Positions 52,588 through 64,000 of a stretch of 64,000 bases of DNA are shown here, one piece after another. Origin of the DNA: Auanema rhodensis (Eukaryota > Animalia > Nematoda); contig OZ059895.1 of the NCBI GenBank assembly GCA_964057225.1, positions 6,076,001 through 6,140,000 of the forward strand, given 5' to 3'. A model generated the notes under the pieces. It was given only the letters and a program-made list of their open reading frames with translations, was not told the origin of the DNA and searched no databases. The position numbers and the translations under genes were made by a program. The stretch's first letter is position 1. Every line of letters begins with the position of its first letter.

Positions 52588-55500
52588 ATGAGTGACCTAA
52601 AATTGGCATTGAAAAACGCCAAGGTTCTTCTATCAGAAAGTAAAAATCAGGAAGCTTTGGACTGTCTGCAGGTCTTGATATCGATTAAGTTGATTCATCT
52701 TGGAGTGTTCAGGAGTTTCTGAATAATGGTGACAGTAATTATATGCTTTTCTGCTTTGGTGCATTAGCTCTGTTTAATTTAAAACAATATGAGAAATCAA
52801 GAGTTATGTATGAAAAGGTTGAAAATGAATAATATAAGTTTAGAATGTTGTGTATTATGTTCAGGCTTTAGCTCTCGATTGTTCTTCACCTACCGCTTGG
52901 CAAGGCTTATATAAGTTATATGAAGCTGATTCTATAGAAGGTAATCAACGTGGTGTTGAAGTATGTGAGAATTTATTGGGATCTTGGTATGGTAATATGT
53001 CAATACTTTGTCTCTATATTTTTTGAAGTCAAAATGAAGAAAAAAGAGAAAGTATTATGAGTACACTTCGACGAATTTATTTTGTTCTTGGTAATTATGA
53101 ACCTCTAATTGAAAATATCGGAACAAATATGGATGTAATAGTTACAATTATTGAACGTACATCCAACAAACTTATGTCTACTACAAACAAGAAGTTGGTA
53201 AGTTTTGAAAGAATTATAAAAATTGTTTGTTGTGTCTTTTCAAGTTGGATGCAGCTTTTAATGTGGCTAAAGATCATTTGGATAGTTATCCTACTATAAG
53301 AATTTCATACTTCAAATACTTGAAATCAACGGTTTGATAAAATATTCTAAAACTTGCTATTATTTATTTAGAATAATCCTATACTGAAAGAAGAAGTTTT
53401 GAGATATTGCAATAATATCACAGATGATGAGATTACTGATGAAACTCTAGTTGATATATTGGCTGGAGTATTGTGCTCTAGTATGTTTGATATTAAAATT
53501 ATTTTAAAGTAATAGCCATTTTCAGCTTATTTGAAAACTGGAAAAACAGACTGCACTTTGTTGAAAAAGCTTTGCCCAACAAACAAACAGTCCGTTGTCG
53601 CTGTTGCTGTCAATGTTTTGAAAAACATAATGTAAGTGAAAAGATTACACATTAAAATTGTTGAACAAAATTGTTTTAGGATTAATAGCATTCAAGAAAT
53701 GCTAGCATTTATGAGAAAAATTCCTCCATCTTCCATCGATGGAATTCTTGTGCCATGCGTAGCCATTAGACTATATAATACATTTGAATACTGGGATAAA
53801 GTTATTGAAGTAGATTCAGTTTGACATATGTTCTATTAGCTTTTATTTTTTGTTCAGCTCAGTAGGAAAATAATAGAATCAGATTCAGAGGAAGATTTGA
53901 AAAATATTGCTATATGGTTTGCAATAAGAGGATTCTTGCTTTCTCGTAATAATGAAGAGGCCTTGAAGTTAGTTGATTACTATTTATCACATTCTATTTA
54001 ATATTTAGGCTTTATGAATTATATCAGCCAGTTTTACTCGATGAATTTCTTACTGAAGCTGTTGCAGTAATGAATTTAGAAGGGGAAAAATTTGATGCAT
54101 TTCTTTCGTCTCTAAATGAAAGTCAATCTATCCGTGCACGTGTAGCTAGAGCTATTTATTTGGGTAAATCAGATACTGTGATCAATGATGTACGCCAGTT
54201 GCTTAAAAGAGAGGATGTTCTTGATTCTGACTATCTTTTGGCTTCAGTTACTTTATTCGAAGCTGGGAAAGTAGATAGCACGAAAGAGTTCGTTGAAGTA
54301 ATAATTTTGGTTCGATCATACCTGATATATTATTAATCAAATTAGGCTGCTCGAAGATATCCTTTTAATGCTCGGATATTTTATATGCTCAGTATGATAT
54401 TATCTCAAAAGAATGTCAAAAAAGCTCTTGGTTTGGCTGAAAGAGCTTGTCAACTCTTCCCAGAATGTGAAGATTATGTGAAGCTATATGAAAGTGTAAG
54501 TATGTTTCTATTGTTGCAACTTCTAAATCGTTCCATTCAGTTACTCGAAAGATCCAATTTTCCTTATGAAACTAGAATCAAAGTTTTGAGCCCCCTTGTT
54601 AAGAAGAATTGTATGTGGGCCTTGATGCGATCTATAGGAATGTATTATGAATTAAAGGATCATCAATCGGCACTACGTTGCTTACAAATGATAATTCGCT
54701 CAGATAAAGACAATTTATGGGCTTGGAGTTATTTATCTCAAGTTTACTTTGCAACTGGAATGTATTCCTCATCAGTTTCGGCATATAAGGAGTGTCTAAG
54801 AATCAAACCAGGATCTAATTTTATAATCCCGGTATTCTGCTTTGTAGTCTAACTCCCCTGAACTATTCTTTCAGCTTTTACAAATCTATATACGTTTGGA
54901 GAAACATGCTGACATTGAAGAGTTATTCAAAACTGATTGCAAAATTTTAAATGCTCAAGCGAGAACATATTTTGAGTTAGCCAGAGCCGAGGTATTGCTT
55001 AAGGATCATGTAGATTAGATTGTTCTCAATTTTCTCATTTTAGTACTATTTTCAACTTTCTCGTCAAGAAAGAGGGCTGCCTCAACGAGAACATCTCCGA
55101 GAAGTCATTCGTATACTTGCTATGCTAATTCATGAGAAGTACGCAAAAGCAAGAGCTTTCAAATTACTTGGAGATACTCTGATGATGATTTCAAAAATAT
55201 CTGAGAAATTCTTACCATCTCTTGAAGTCTGTCACATATCTTGAAATGATATTTAAATCTCGAAAGCATACTTTAGATTCCCGTGGAGTGGAATTGTCAT
55301 GATGCTGTGGGTTGTTTGAAAGCGTCGTGCTCCTTTTACTACTCTTGTCTTCGCGAAAATGATACCAACTCTCTTGTATACATTGACCTGGTGCAAGGAT
55401 TGCTGTTAAGCTCATCAATTTCTAAATCACCATCTTATGCTGAGAAGTTTGTTCTTATTTTAATAAAACAATTTAGGTTTGATATTTCAGTGCTAAAAAG

Positions 55501-56936
55501 ATTATTGTTTTACTTTTAAAACGTCCGTTACCTGACCGTTTGAAATCAATTGTTTGGTGCCTGCTGGCTGAAGCATACAGACTCACTGATGAGGCAATTG
55601 ATAAGCAAATTCACGCCCTTATTAGAGGGTTGCAAATCAGCAAAACCAATGCTCAAGCATGGCTGCGACTGGGATTAGTTTACTTGCAATGTGGTGAAGT
55701 TGGTCAGCTAGTACAAAATTGGGTTGTAATCCAGTATTTCAGGGTACCTTAGCATTCAAAGCTTTCGAAACATCATTGAAGCATGATCCCAAATCAGCTG
55801 CGGGATGGTGTGCTTGGGCCCTACAAGCTGAGCGGCAAAATGTCCATGACGAGGCATACGAGATGTACAAACAATCTCTTACATGGGGTCCTTTGGTATC
55901 TTGATTGTTGAAAGCATTTAATAGATTATTTTAAATTTAGATTACGTCTGTTTCAAAATATACTGGTTATTTGTGTGAAAAAATAAGAAATGGGTTTAAG
56001 TTCGACCCTTCAATTATCAAAATTGATAGTGCAATAGTGGAAAGCATATCTGGTTTTATCCTATTGTTGTTTTCAGAATATAACTTAGTATTTTTAGATT
56101 TTCGAAGTGTTTCTAAAGAGAATATACTATATGCTGGAGTTCTTAACGAACTATTTGGAAACTATGATAAAGCTGTGGAATGCTTCGCTATGGTTGATGA
56201 AAACGGTGTTAATCATAACAGGGCAAAATTGTACATCAATAATATTTTGATGTTCAGCGGATGTTATTCATATTCTTACAGAAAGCAATGTAATTCTACT
56301 CCTATCCCGTGCCAGTTTGAGTTGAACAACTTAAAGAAACTTGTGGAATCGGATACTGATCAACTTATCTATATATGTCGTGAAAGCATCCCTATCTATG
56401 ATAAACTTTTCAACGAATTTGAGGTGAGTCATGAGCTGATTCATAAATTTAACTTTATATTTTGAAGAATCCTCATGTTAATGAATTGTCAATGGCATTA
56501 GTCGAGCGAACTATCCATATCCCTCTACTTATCTCGATGATTCTCTACAAAAATTGGGTTAAGTTTCAAATTCTGTTACAATTCTATAACTTTCAATTTT
56601 AGATTCTTCCCAATCAATTGGTTTATCAAATGCATGCTCTTCGTCCTAAACATGAACTAATGGATTTCTTCCCTACCATTGTTCCTTTAGATATATTGTG
56701 TGAAAATGACTATTTGGAAAACAGTGGTGAAGAACCTTTCCGATCGAATCATTTCATTGCCAAAGTATACTTTCTTATATTAGTTTTGTTAATCTTTTAT
56801 ATTTTATTTTCAGAATATTTTGGAAATTTTAAAAATACGCAGAGAAAATGCATTACCAGCAATGAAAGCGACTGAAATAATAGCTCAAGAAGCTGCTGAA
56901 TCTGTATTAGTTTCTGCCGATGTGAATGATGATTAA
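52588..56936 (+). CDS. TTC37: SKI complex TPR subunit TTC37/SKI3
   Basis: N-terminus LKLALKNAK..ALDC..NYMLFCFGALAL..YEKALALD..TAWQGLYKLYE matches the TTC37 N-terminal TPRs. Further TPRs follow (LRCLQMIIRSDKDNLWAWSYLSQVY, AQAWLRLGLVYL). Confidence 0.85.
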
Positions 56937-57269
56937 TATAAATGTTTGGCTCACTTCCATTCGATTTCTTTCGTACAGAATGTCTGTCTTCGCGGATATC
57001 AATATTTCACCTTCCTTTTATTCGGTGTACTCCGTATTCTTTCCTATTCTCGCGTCTCCTGTGTGATCTAGTTTGCGCTTTTCGCAACTCTGATCTCTCC
57101 TTATTTACGTTTTCTTTTTCACCTTATATAGGTTGCTGCGATAGTGACCGGCTGGAACTTTGCTTGTCCGTTTTCAGCTTCTCATGTTTCTTGTTTTTCT
57201 TATTTTTTCTTTCTATGTTTTTATTTTTGAGTGGTTTCAGTTAATTGGGTTTCTGAAGGCTAACTGAGA

Positions 57270-59518
57270 ATGTCTTCCGCGATTGATATTGAACAGCAAA
57301 TCTCGCAACAAGGTGATTTAGTTCGCAAATTAAAATCTGATGGAGCAGAAAAGGTTCAAAGCTTAGCTTTTCTTTTTAACTTGTTAGTTTCAGACCACAA
57401 TAGAGCAGGAAGTTGAAAAACTGAAAAAGCTAAAACTTTCTTATAAGGAAGTTACTGGCAAAGATATCCAACCAGCTGGTGGAAATCAACCACGCCAGAA
57501 AAAAGAGAAGGTGAAGCTAAGAATAATCGAAATTGTGCAATATACTTTTTGAAGGCCGCTAAAGCTCCTGTTAAAGAGGAGAAGAAAGCTGATGGAAAGA
57601 AGCAAAGTAAGCTTGGTATCTCTATCAAAAAAGATGAAAACTACTCTGATTGGTACAGTGAGGCGAGTATTAAACCAAGGTGTGCTTGAATAATGCCATT
57701 CTTTTTAGGTGATTACCAAGGCTGAAATGATTGAATACTATGACGTATCTGGTTGCTATGTTCTTCGTCCCTGGTCTTATGCTATTTGGGAATACATCAC
57801 TGTGAGTTTTCTTCATTTTATATATTTCTATCTTGTACATTTAATTAAAATATGTATAGGATTTCTTCGATGGGGAAATCAAGAAGCTCGGTGTGAAAAA
57901 CTGTTACTTCCCCATGTTTGTAAGTAACGCAGCTCTTGAAAGAGAAAAAACACATATTGCTGATTTTGCTCCAGAGGTAGTGACGAACTATTGAAAGATC
58001 ATTATTGAATATATTTATGCAGGTAGCTTGGGTTACTAAAGCTGGAAGTTCTGATATGGCTGAGCCAGTTGCAATTAGACCAACTTCTGAGACTGTTATG
58101 TACCCTTCATACAAGAAATGGGTTCAGTCTCACAGAGATCTTCCAATCAAACTCAACCAATGGTGTAACGTTGTGGTTGGTCTTCCACTGCTCAGAGTCG
58201 AACGGTCAATCTATGATTTTAGCGTTGGGAATTCAAACATCCAACTCCATTCCTGCGAACTCGCGAGTTTCTTTGGCAAGAAGGACACACAGCCTTCTCC
58301 AATCCAGCAGATGCTGAGAAGGAAGTTTTCCAAATTCTGGATTTGTATGCTAGAGTGTATACTGATTTGTTAGCTATTCCTGTTGTGAAGGGACGCAAGT
58401 CCGAAAAGGTACTTGGCCATTCGAGTATAAAGTAGAATCGAAAATTCCAGGAAAAATTCGCCGGAGGAGATTTCACTACTACCGTAGAAGCTTACGTTCC
58501 TTGCAATGGTAGAGGAATTCAAGGAGCTACCTCTCATCATCTCGGACAAAATTTCTCCAAGATGTTCGATATTTCTTTCGAGGAGCCAACCACCGGAAAT
58601 AAGGTGAGTCATCATTTACGTTAAGTCACTGAATTATTTTTTAGGCTTTCGCTTGGCAGAATTCATGGGGACTTTCAACAAGAAGTATTGGTGCTATGGT
58701 TATGGTTCATGCCGATGACAATGGATTAGTTCTTCCACCTCGCGTTGCAGCTGTTCAAAGCATCGTTATACCCGTAGGAATTACTGCACAAACGACTGCT
58801 GAAGAGAAAGAGAAGCTCACTAAAAAGGTTGAAGATATCACAGAATCTCTTCTTGGTGATGATATTCGTGCTGAATCTGATTTAAGGTTTAATTTCTTTA
58901 CTTCCTTATTCTCCATGTCGTAGTTTAGAGACAACTATTCCCCAGGTTGGAAGTTCAACTACTGGGAATTGAAGGGAGTTCCAATTCGCTTGGAACTTGG
59001 ACCCAAAGATTTGGCTGCTAATCAAGTTACCGCTGTTATTCGTCATAATGGACAGAAAAAGGCGTTAAGCTTAGATAACTTAAATGCTACCATTAAAGAC
59101 CTCCTTGAGCAAATTCACAGTGATATGTATCAAAAGTGAGTGTAAATTAATTTATAACATTTTATACGATGGACTTACTTGTTAGGGTTCTTCTCATTCG
59201 CGATGCTCACAAAAAAATTTCCACTGATATTATTGAGTTCAAGAAGTTGTTAGACGATAAGTATGTCTTGCTTTCTCCATTCTGTGGTGAACCATCCTGT
59301 GAAGACGAAATTAAAAAATCTACAACTCGTGAAGACGGAGAAGGAGCTCAAATGGGAGCTAAAACATTGTGCATTCCACTTGAACAAGTGAGTAAAATTA
59401 ACGTATTAGCACTAAACACATATATTTTTAGCCATCCGAGGCTCTGCCTTCAAAATGTATTCATCCATCTTGCACTAGGAAGCCAAAGTCTTTCGCATTG
59501 TTTGGCCGCAGTTATTAA
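57270..59518 (+). CDS. pars-1: Prolyl-tRNA synthetase with N-terminal WHEP domain
   Basis: WHEP domain [28 protein letters not shown], then [13 protein letters not shown]-type motif ([13 protein letters not shown]), [27 protein letters not shown] and C-terminal LFGRSY*. Confidence 0.97.
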
Positions 59519-59798
59519 TTGGGTAGCGTGCTCTATTGCGATTTTCAAGGGCGGTCAAATTTTGCTTTCGAGCGAAATTTGTCATCTCAAAAATCTCATA
59601 TCGTTTTCTTCTATTAAACATTTTTTATCATCATTGGGTGATTGGTTGTTTTTGAAATTTTTTAAAATGTTTTTATGGAGTAAATATTCAATTCAAATGA
59701 TGTACATTTTTAATTCTCATGTCTTTCCATAGATATTCTAATCATTTTGAGAAATGATGATTTTAGTCCTAATACACTACTATACCTAATTCAAAATA

Positions 59799-60237
59799 AT
59801 GGCTCAGCTTTTCAAACCAGCCAAAGGAGATTTTTGTGGGTTATGCGGCTCCTTGTTACCTATGCCTGACGATGCACCATCTGATGTAATTTGTGTAGTG
59901 TGCGAAACTTCTTGGGTAGTGAAAGGTTTTTATTTGAGTGCTGACCCTCATTCAAAGAGAATCCTTTAGCTAAAAAGAATATATTGGTTTCCCGCTCCAT
60001 TAAAAGTTATGAGCCAGCTTATATTAGTGCAGACATAGAAGGAGAGGAAAATTCTGTTGTAGATCATATATGTTCAAAGTAAGTTATAATCTCACCGGCG
60101 CCTGAATTTTATTTTTTCTCAGATGTGGCCACGATAAAGCTTCCTATTCAACCTTACAAACAAGATCTGCTGATGAAGGTCAAACAGTTTTTTTCACTTG
60201 TATGAAATGTAAAAAAAAAGATATCGAATACTCATAA
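59799..60237 (+). CDS. rpoa-12: RNA polymerase I subunit RPA12
   Basis: FCGLCGSLLP..CVVC zinc ribbon and C-terminal CSKCGH..LQTRSADEGQTVFFTCMKC. Confidence 0.95.
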
Positions 60238-60402
60238 TTGTATATGCAAATTTACATTATTTTTCCCTTATAATTGTTATATTGTTATTGTTGTCTTTGA
60301 AGAAGTTTTTTTATTCATATATTATTTTTTTCTACAGCGGTTTTTTTACCGTGTATACTTCTTTTTTTCTATGTTTAATATTTGTAATCATATTTTTCTA
60401 AG

Positions 60403-61396
60403 ATGTCTCGCAGCGCTGGTTTCGATAGACACATTACCATCTTCTCACCAGAAGGACGTGTATACCAGGTAAATTAAAAAATTCGAGTTGAATCTCTATC
60501 TGTATATTTAAAGGTTGAGTATGCTTTCAAGGCTATCAGTTCTACAAATCTTACTGCTATAGCTGTTAAGGTTTGACTTAAACTGTTATCCGTTCTATCA
60601 AACAGTTTAGGGTGTCGATACCGCCGTTATTGCTGTTCAAAAGCGAGTGCCTGATGGTCTCATTGTTGCTGATTCAGTTTCCTCTGTTTACCAGTTGAGC
60701 CCCACAATTGGAAGCTGTGTGATCGGAATGATCCCTGATGGAAAGTTCCAGGTATGTAATATATTTTAATTTAAATTTATCTGTTTGTAGGTTAACCGCG
60801 CTCAAGCCGAAGCTGCAGAGTTCAAGTATAAAAATGGATATGATATGCCTTGCGAGCTTCTTGCTAAGAGAATGGCTGACAAGAATCAATATTATACTCA
60901 GAATGCTGAAATGAGAAGTCTTGGATGTGGTGCGATAAATTAGATATTTTCATTTGTAAAAACATCTTTAATTTCAAGCTCTGTTGATGATCTCCTATGA
61001 TGATGAAGATGGTCCATGTGTATTCAAGGTTGATCCTGCTGGATATTACAGAGGAATGAAGGCCGTTGCTATAGGAGTTAAACAGGTAAGTATAGTAATA
61101 CTGTATTTTTGGAAACATTTCTTCTGTAGACCCCCGCAATTAGCTTTTTGGAGAAGAAAATTAAGAAAAAGTCCGACTACAAGAAGGATGAAGCCATTGA
61201 GCTTGCTCTCGAAACTCTTCAGACCAGTCTTGGCATTGAAATTAGAGCCAAGGATGTTGAAGTTCTTGTTGTAACTGAAACCAACCGAAAGTGCAAGTAT
61301 GTATTGAGTTTTTTATGGTACTAATTTAACCTATTTAGCAAATTGACAAATGAACAAGTTGAAGCTCACTTGAACGCTATAGCCAACCGTGATTAA
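60403..61396 (+). CDS. pas-1: 20S proteasome alpha subunit (PSMA6/alpha1 type)
   Basis: [59 protein letters not shown]. Confidence 0.96.
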
Positions 61397-61592
61397 ATAG
61401 TACTTCCACAAGGGATTTATAATACGGTTTTGTTGTAAGCTACGGTGATGATTAATGTTCTTTTAATGTATTCTTTGTCCACTCATTAAATTATTCTTTC
61501 TTTTTATTTGTTTTATTTTCTTGAAATGATGGTTGATTACCTATTCTATCTGAATTGTAGTTAATTATGTAGTTCAAATTGAAATTTCTCAG

Positions 61593-64000
61593 ATGTCTGA
61601 TGAATCTGACATTGATGAGCTTGCTCACGAGCAGCTTCTAAGAAGCATTAAAGATGGGCATTCAAAACAGGTGCTACTAAGATTAGTTTTGTATTATACT
61701 CATCAATCTTTTCCAGAAATCTATACGTAAAACTATACATAAGGTTGATGCCAAAGATTTGTTATCTGTTGTTAAAACTGAAAGAAAATCCTTATCCGTT
61801 GCTAAAAAGAAAATAGAAGATGAAGAGAAAAAGAGATCTAAGAATAAGTCCACAACTGCTATTGCTGCACCAATTCACAGACAAGAATTGGAAAGAATAC
61901 AAGGAGAAGTAGGACTCGTAGAATTAAAGTATCAATTGCTGTTGCAGTTTACATAAACTGAATTTTTTATTTTAGAAAAGATCTTCAAGTATGGAGAGAA
62001 GTTGTTGAATCCAATAGATTAGCTGACCAATTAAGTTTTCCATTAAATCAAGAGAAAGTTCTTTCTTCTGATACTGCGAGCATGAAAGTAGAGAACTTTA
62101 AGGTGTAGTTTATTTTTATTTAAACTTGATAATTTGTGTTATTTCAGCCAAAAACGGACATGGAGAAGGAGCTGGCAGCACTTGTTCAGACTAGTAAACA
62201 TAACTTGACTAATGAAACAATATATACACCTGCTGAGCTAGAAATTATTAAAGCTATGAATGTAAAAGAGGTTTGTATTTCAAATATAATTATTTATTTA
62301 GTTTATATCTTTTAGGCCAAAGCTCGTTTAGATTCATTGCAAAGAATGAGAGCTCTTATAAGTTATCGTGAAGCTAAGTTCAGATATGCGGCTAAAATCA
62401 AATCCAAAGGGTAAACAACTAAATTTTGATGGCTTTTTCAAATCATTTATTGAAGATACCATCGTTTACTGAAGCGACAGAAGAGAAAACAGCTAGTCAA
62501 GGAATTCGATGAATTATTGATAAAAGATCCCGAAGCAGCTAAAGAAAAACTTAAAGAATTAGATACGCAACGTATTTTGGAAAGAGGTTCTCTGAAGCAT
62601 CATGCACGTAGTAAATTCCAACAAGAAATTCTGAAACATGCCGGTCGAGATCCCGCTGCCAAGAAAGTTTTGGAGGAGCATTTAAGGTTTATATTTGGAA
62701 ACGTTCTGTATGAAATTGAATCGAATTTAGACTAGGGAGAGAACTACGAGAGAAGATTACTCAAGAATCTGATAGTGAAAATGAAGATGAAGGGGAACAG
62801 GCCAAAAGCGTTGCAGATCTCATTAAGGTATTACTTTTTGTCGACCATACGGCATTTTTTAAATTAAAGTCTGCTGCCCTTGCTGCTGCCCAATCTGATG
62901 AGCCTTCACGACTAGCATTTGATGAAGAAGATGAAGCTGTAACTAAGCAAAAACTTTATGAGATGAGAGCAGCTAAACGAGCCAGTGCCCAAGCATCTAA
63001 AATAAAGAGTGATGGAACGGTACTTAACTTAATATTTTATTCAAACTCATGTGGGTATACGTTGCAGATAGCTAAAGTAGAAAACGTTTTTGAAGAAGAT
63101 AATGCTTGGGATGAACCTGTTGTCGAAAAGAACGAAGAGCCTACTAAGTTGAAAACTAAGAAGAAAACACCTAAGAAAAGAAAATTAGAGAAGAATCTTG
63201 AAGAAGCAGCAGCAGCAGAAAATGGTTATTTTAGTTTTTTCCATGTAAAGCATATTTACTTCGAACTTTAGAAACTGAACCTGTATCTGTGAAGGATGTT
63301 GATCAAATATTCGAAGAAGGAACAGATGTTCTTATTAAGAAAATGCGGGATGTAAATGATTATCATAGTGAAAGAAATTGGATTCAAATTTTATAGGAAT
63401 TTGCCAGTGAAAAGCAAAGCGCTACACCCTTAAAGAAGAAAAAGAAAAAAGTTGTGAAAAAAACCGATGAAGAACCTAAAGTTGAAGAAGAGGTTGATGT
63501 AACGTTGGATCCAAAACACTTCCTTCAAGTGGAAACATCGAAAATCATGAAAGTTGCTGCCGATATGGATGATCAGCTCAATGAACTTGAGGACGAAGGT
63601 GTGGTATTATTTCGTAATACGTTCAAGTTATCATATTTTCAGATCAAAGTAAATTGATTGCTGAAGCATTCAAAGATGAAGATGTAATTGGTGAATTCGA
63701 AGAAGAAAAAGAAAGGGTACGATATCATTATATTTAAGGCAGTAATCTGAATGTTTCATTAGGTTGAAGAAGGTGAAAAGGGTAAAGACATTGATTTAAC
63801 CTTAAAAGGTTGGGGTTCTTGGACAGGACCAGGAACAACAGAAAACAAAAGAAGAAAACAGTTTATAATCAAAGCTGCTGAAAAGAAAAGAAAAGATAAA
63901 GGAAAATCAGCAGTTATCATCAAAGAAAAGGCAGAACATGTTTGTGAACTTCTGAAAACTTCGTTATCATGCTCTTTTTCAGCCTATCAACAAGATGCAA
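61593..64000 (+). CDS. UTP14: U3 snoRNP/SSU processome protein UTP14 (continues beyond window end)
   Basis: RMRALISYREAKFRYAAKIKSKGYHR, RILERGSLKH, AFKDEDVIGEFEEEK and DLTLKGWGSWTGPG. Confidence 0.93.

Noticed and set aside
56942-57244. 100-aa F/S/L-rich + strand ORF
   Set aside because: Composition artefact of pyrimidine-rich intergenic/outron DNA.
1-64000. tRNA, rRNA, snRNA, SL RNA genes, telomeric TTAGGC arrays, CRISPR arrays, prokaryotic or horizontally transferred segments
   Set aside because: No recognisable signatures were seen by eye and all genes carry host-type short introns. A covariance-model scan would be needed to exclude small ncRNAs.

Overview
AT-rich (roughly 30% GC by eye), gene-dense eukaryotic DNA that reads as a compact rhabditid-type nematode genome. 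Introns are very short (mostly 42-50 nt), trans-splice-type acceptors lie directly before several ATGs, and there are operon-like same-strand clusters. About 23 spliced protein-coding genes can be reconstructed by hand: TOR (5' part), an SNM1/Apollo-like beta-CASP protein, an epoxide-hydrolase-like protein, an RNF212/ZHP-type RING protein, a tandem-RA-domain protein, a K2P channel, LIN-35/Rb, UBR-1, IFT20, SNRNP27, EDC3, TMEM170, an uncharacterised beta-rich protein, an atypical RBR ligase, DDX52, ERp44, COQ-1/PDSS1, NDUFB4/NUO-6, TTC37/SKI3, ProRS, RPA12, proteasome alpha PAS-1 and UTP14 (5' part). There is also a decayed hAT-transposase fragment and a ~7.8 kb gene-poor region (12.4-20.3 kb). 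The most notable observations are: (1) frequent AAG 3' splice sites, GC donors and degenerate donors with tightly constrained intron length, suggesting length-measured splicing; (2) a GCTCYATWGC motif, often with AAGGGCGG, at the head of each predicted operon; (3) an RBR ligase with no IBR domain, a triplicated PVTP exon and a double E-box palindrome; (4) two adjacent probable pseudoenzymes, one with alternative first exons that add or omit a membrane anchor; (5) a cap-less K2P channel. All gene models are manual; spans run from start to stop codon and include introns.
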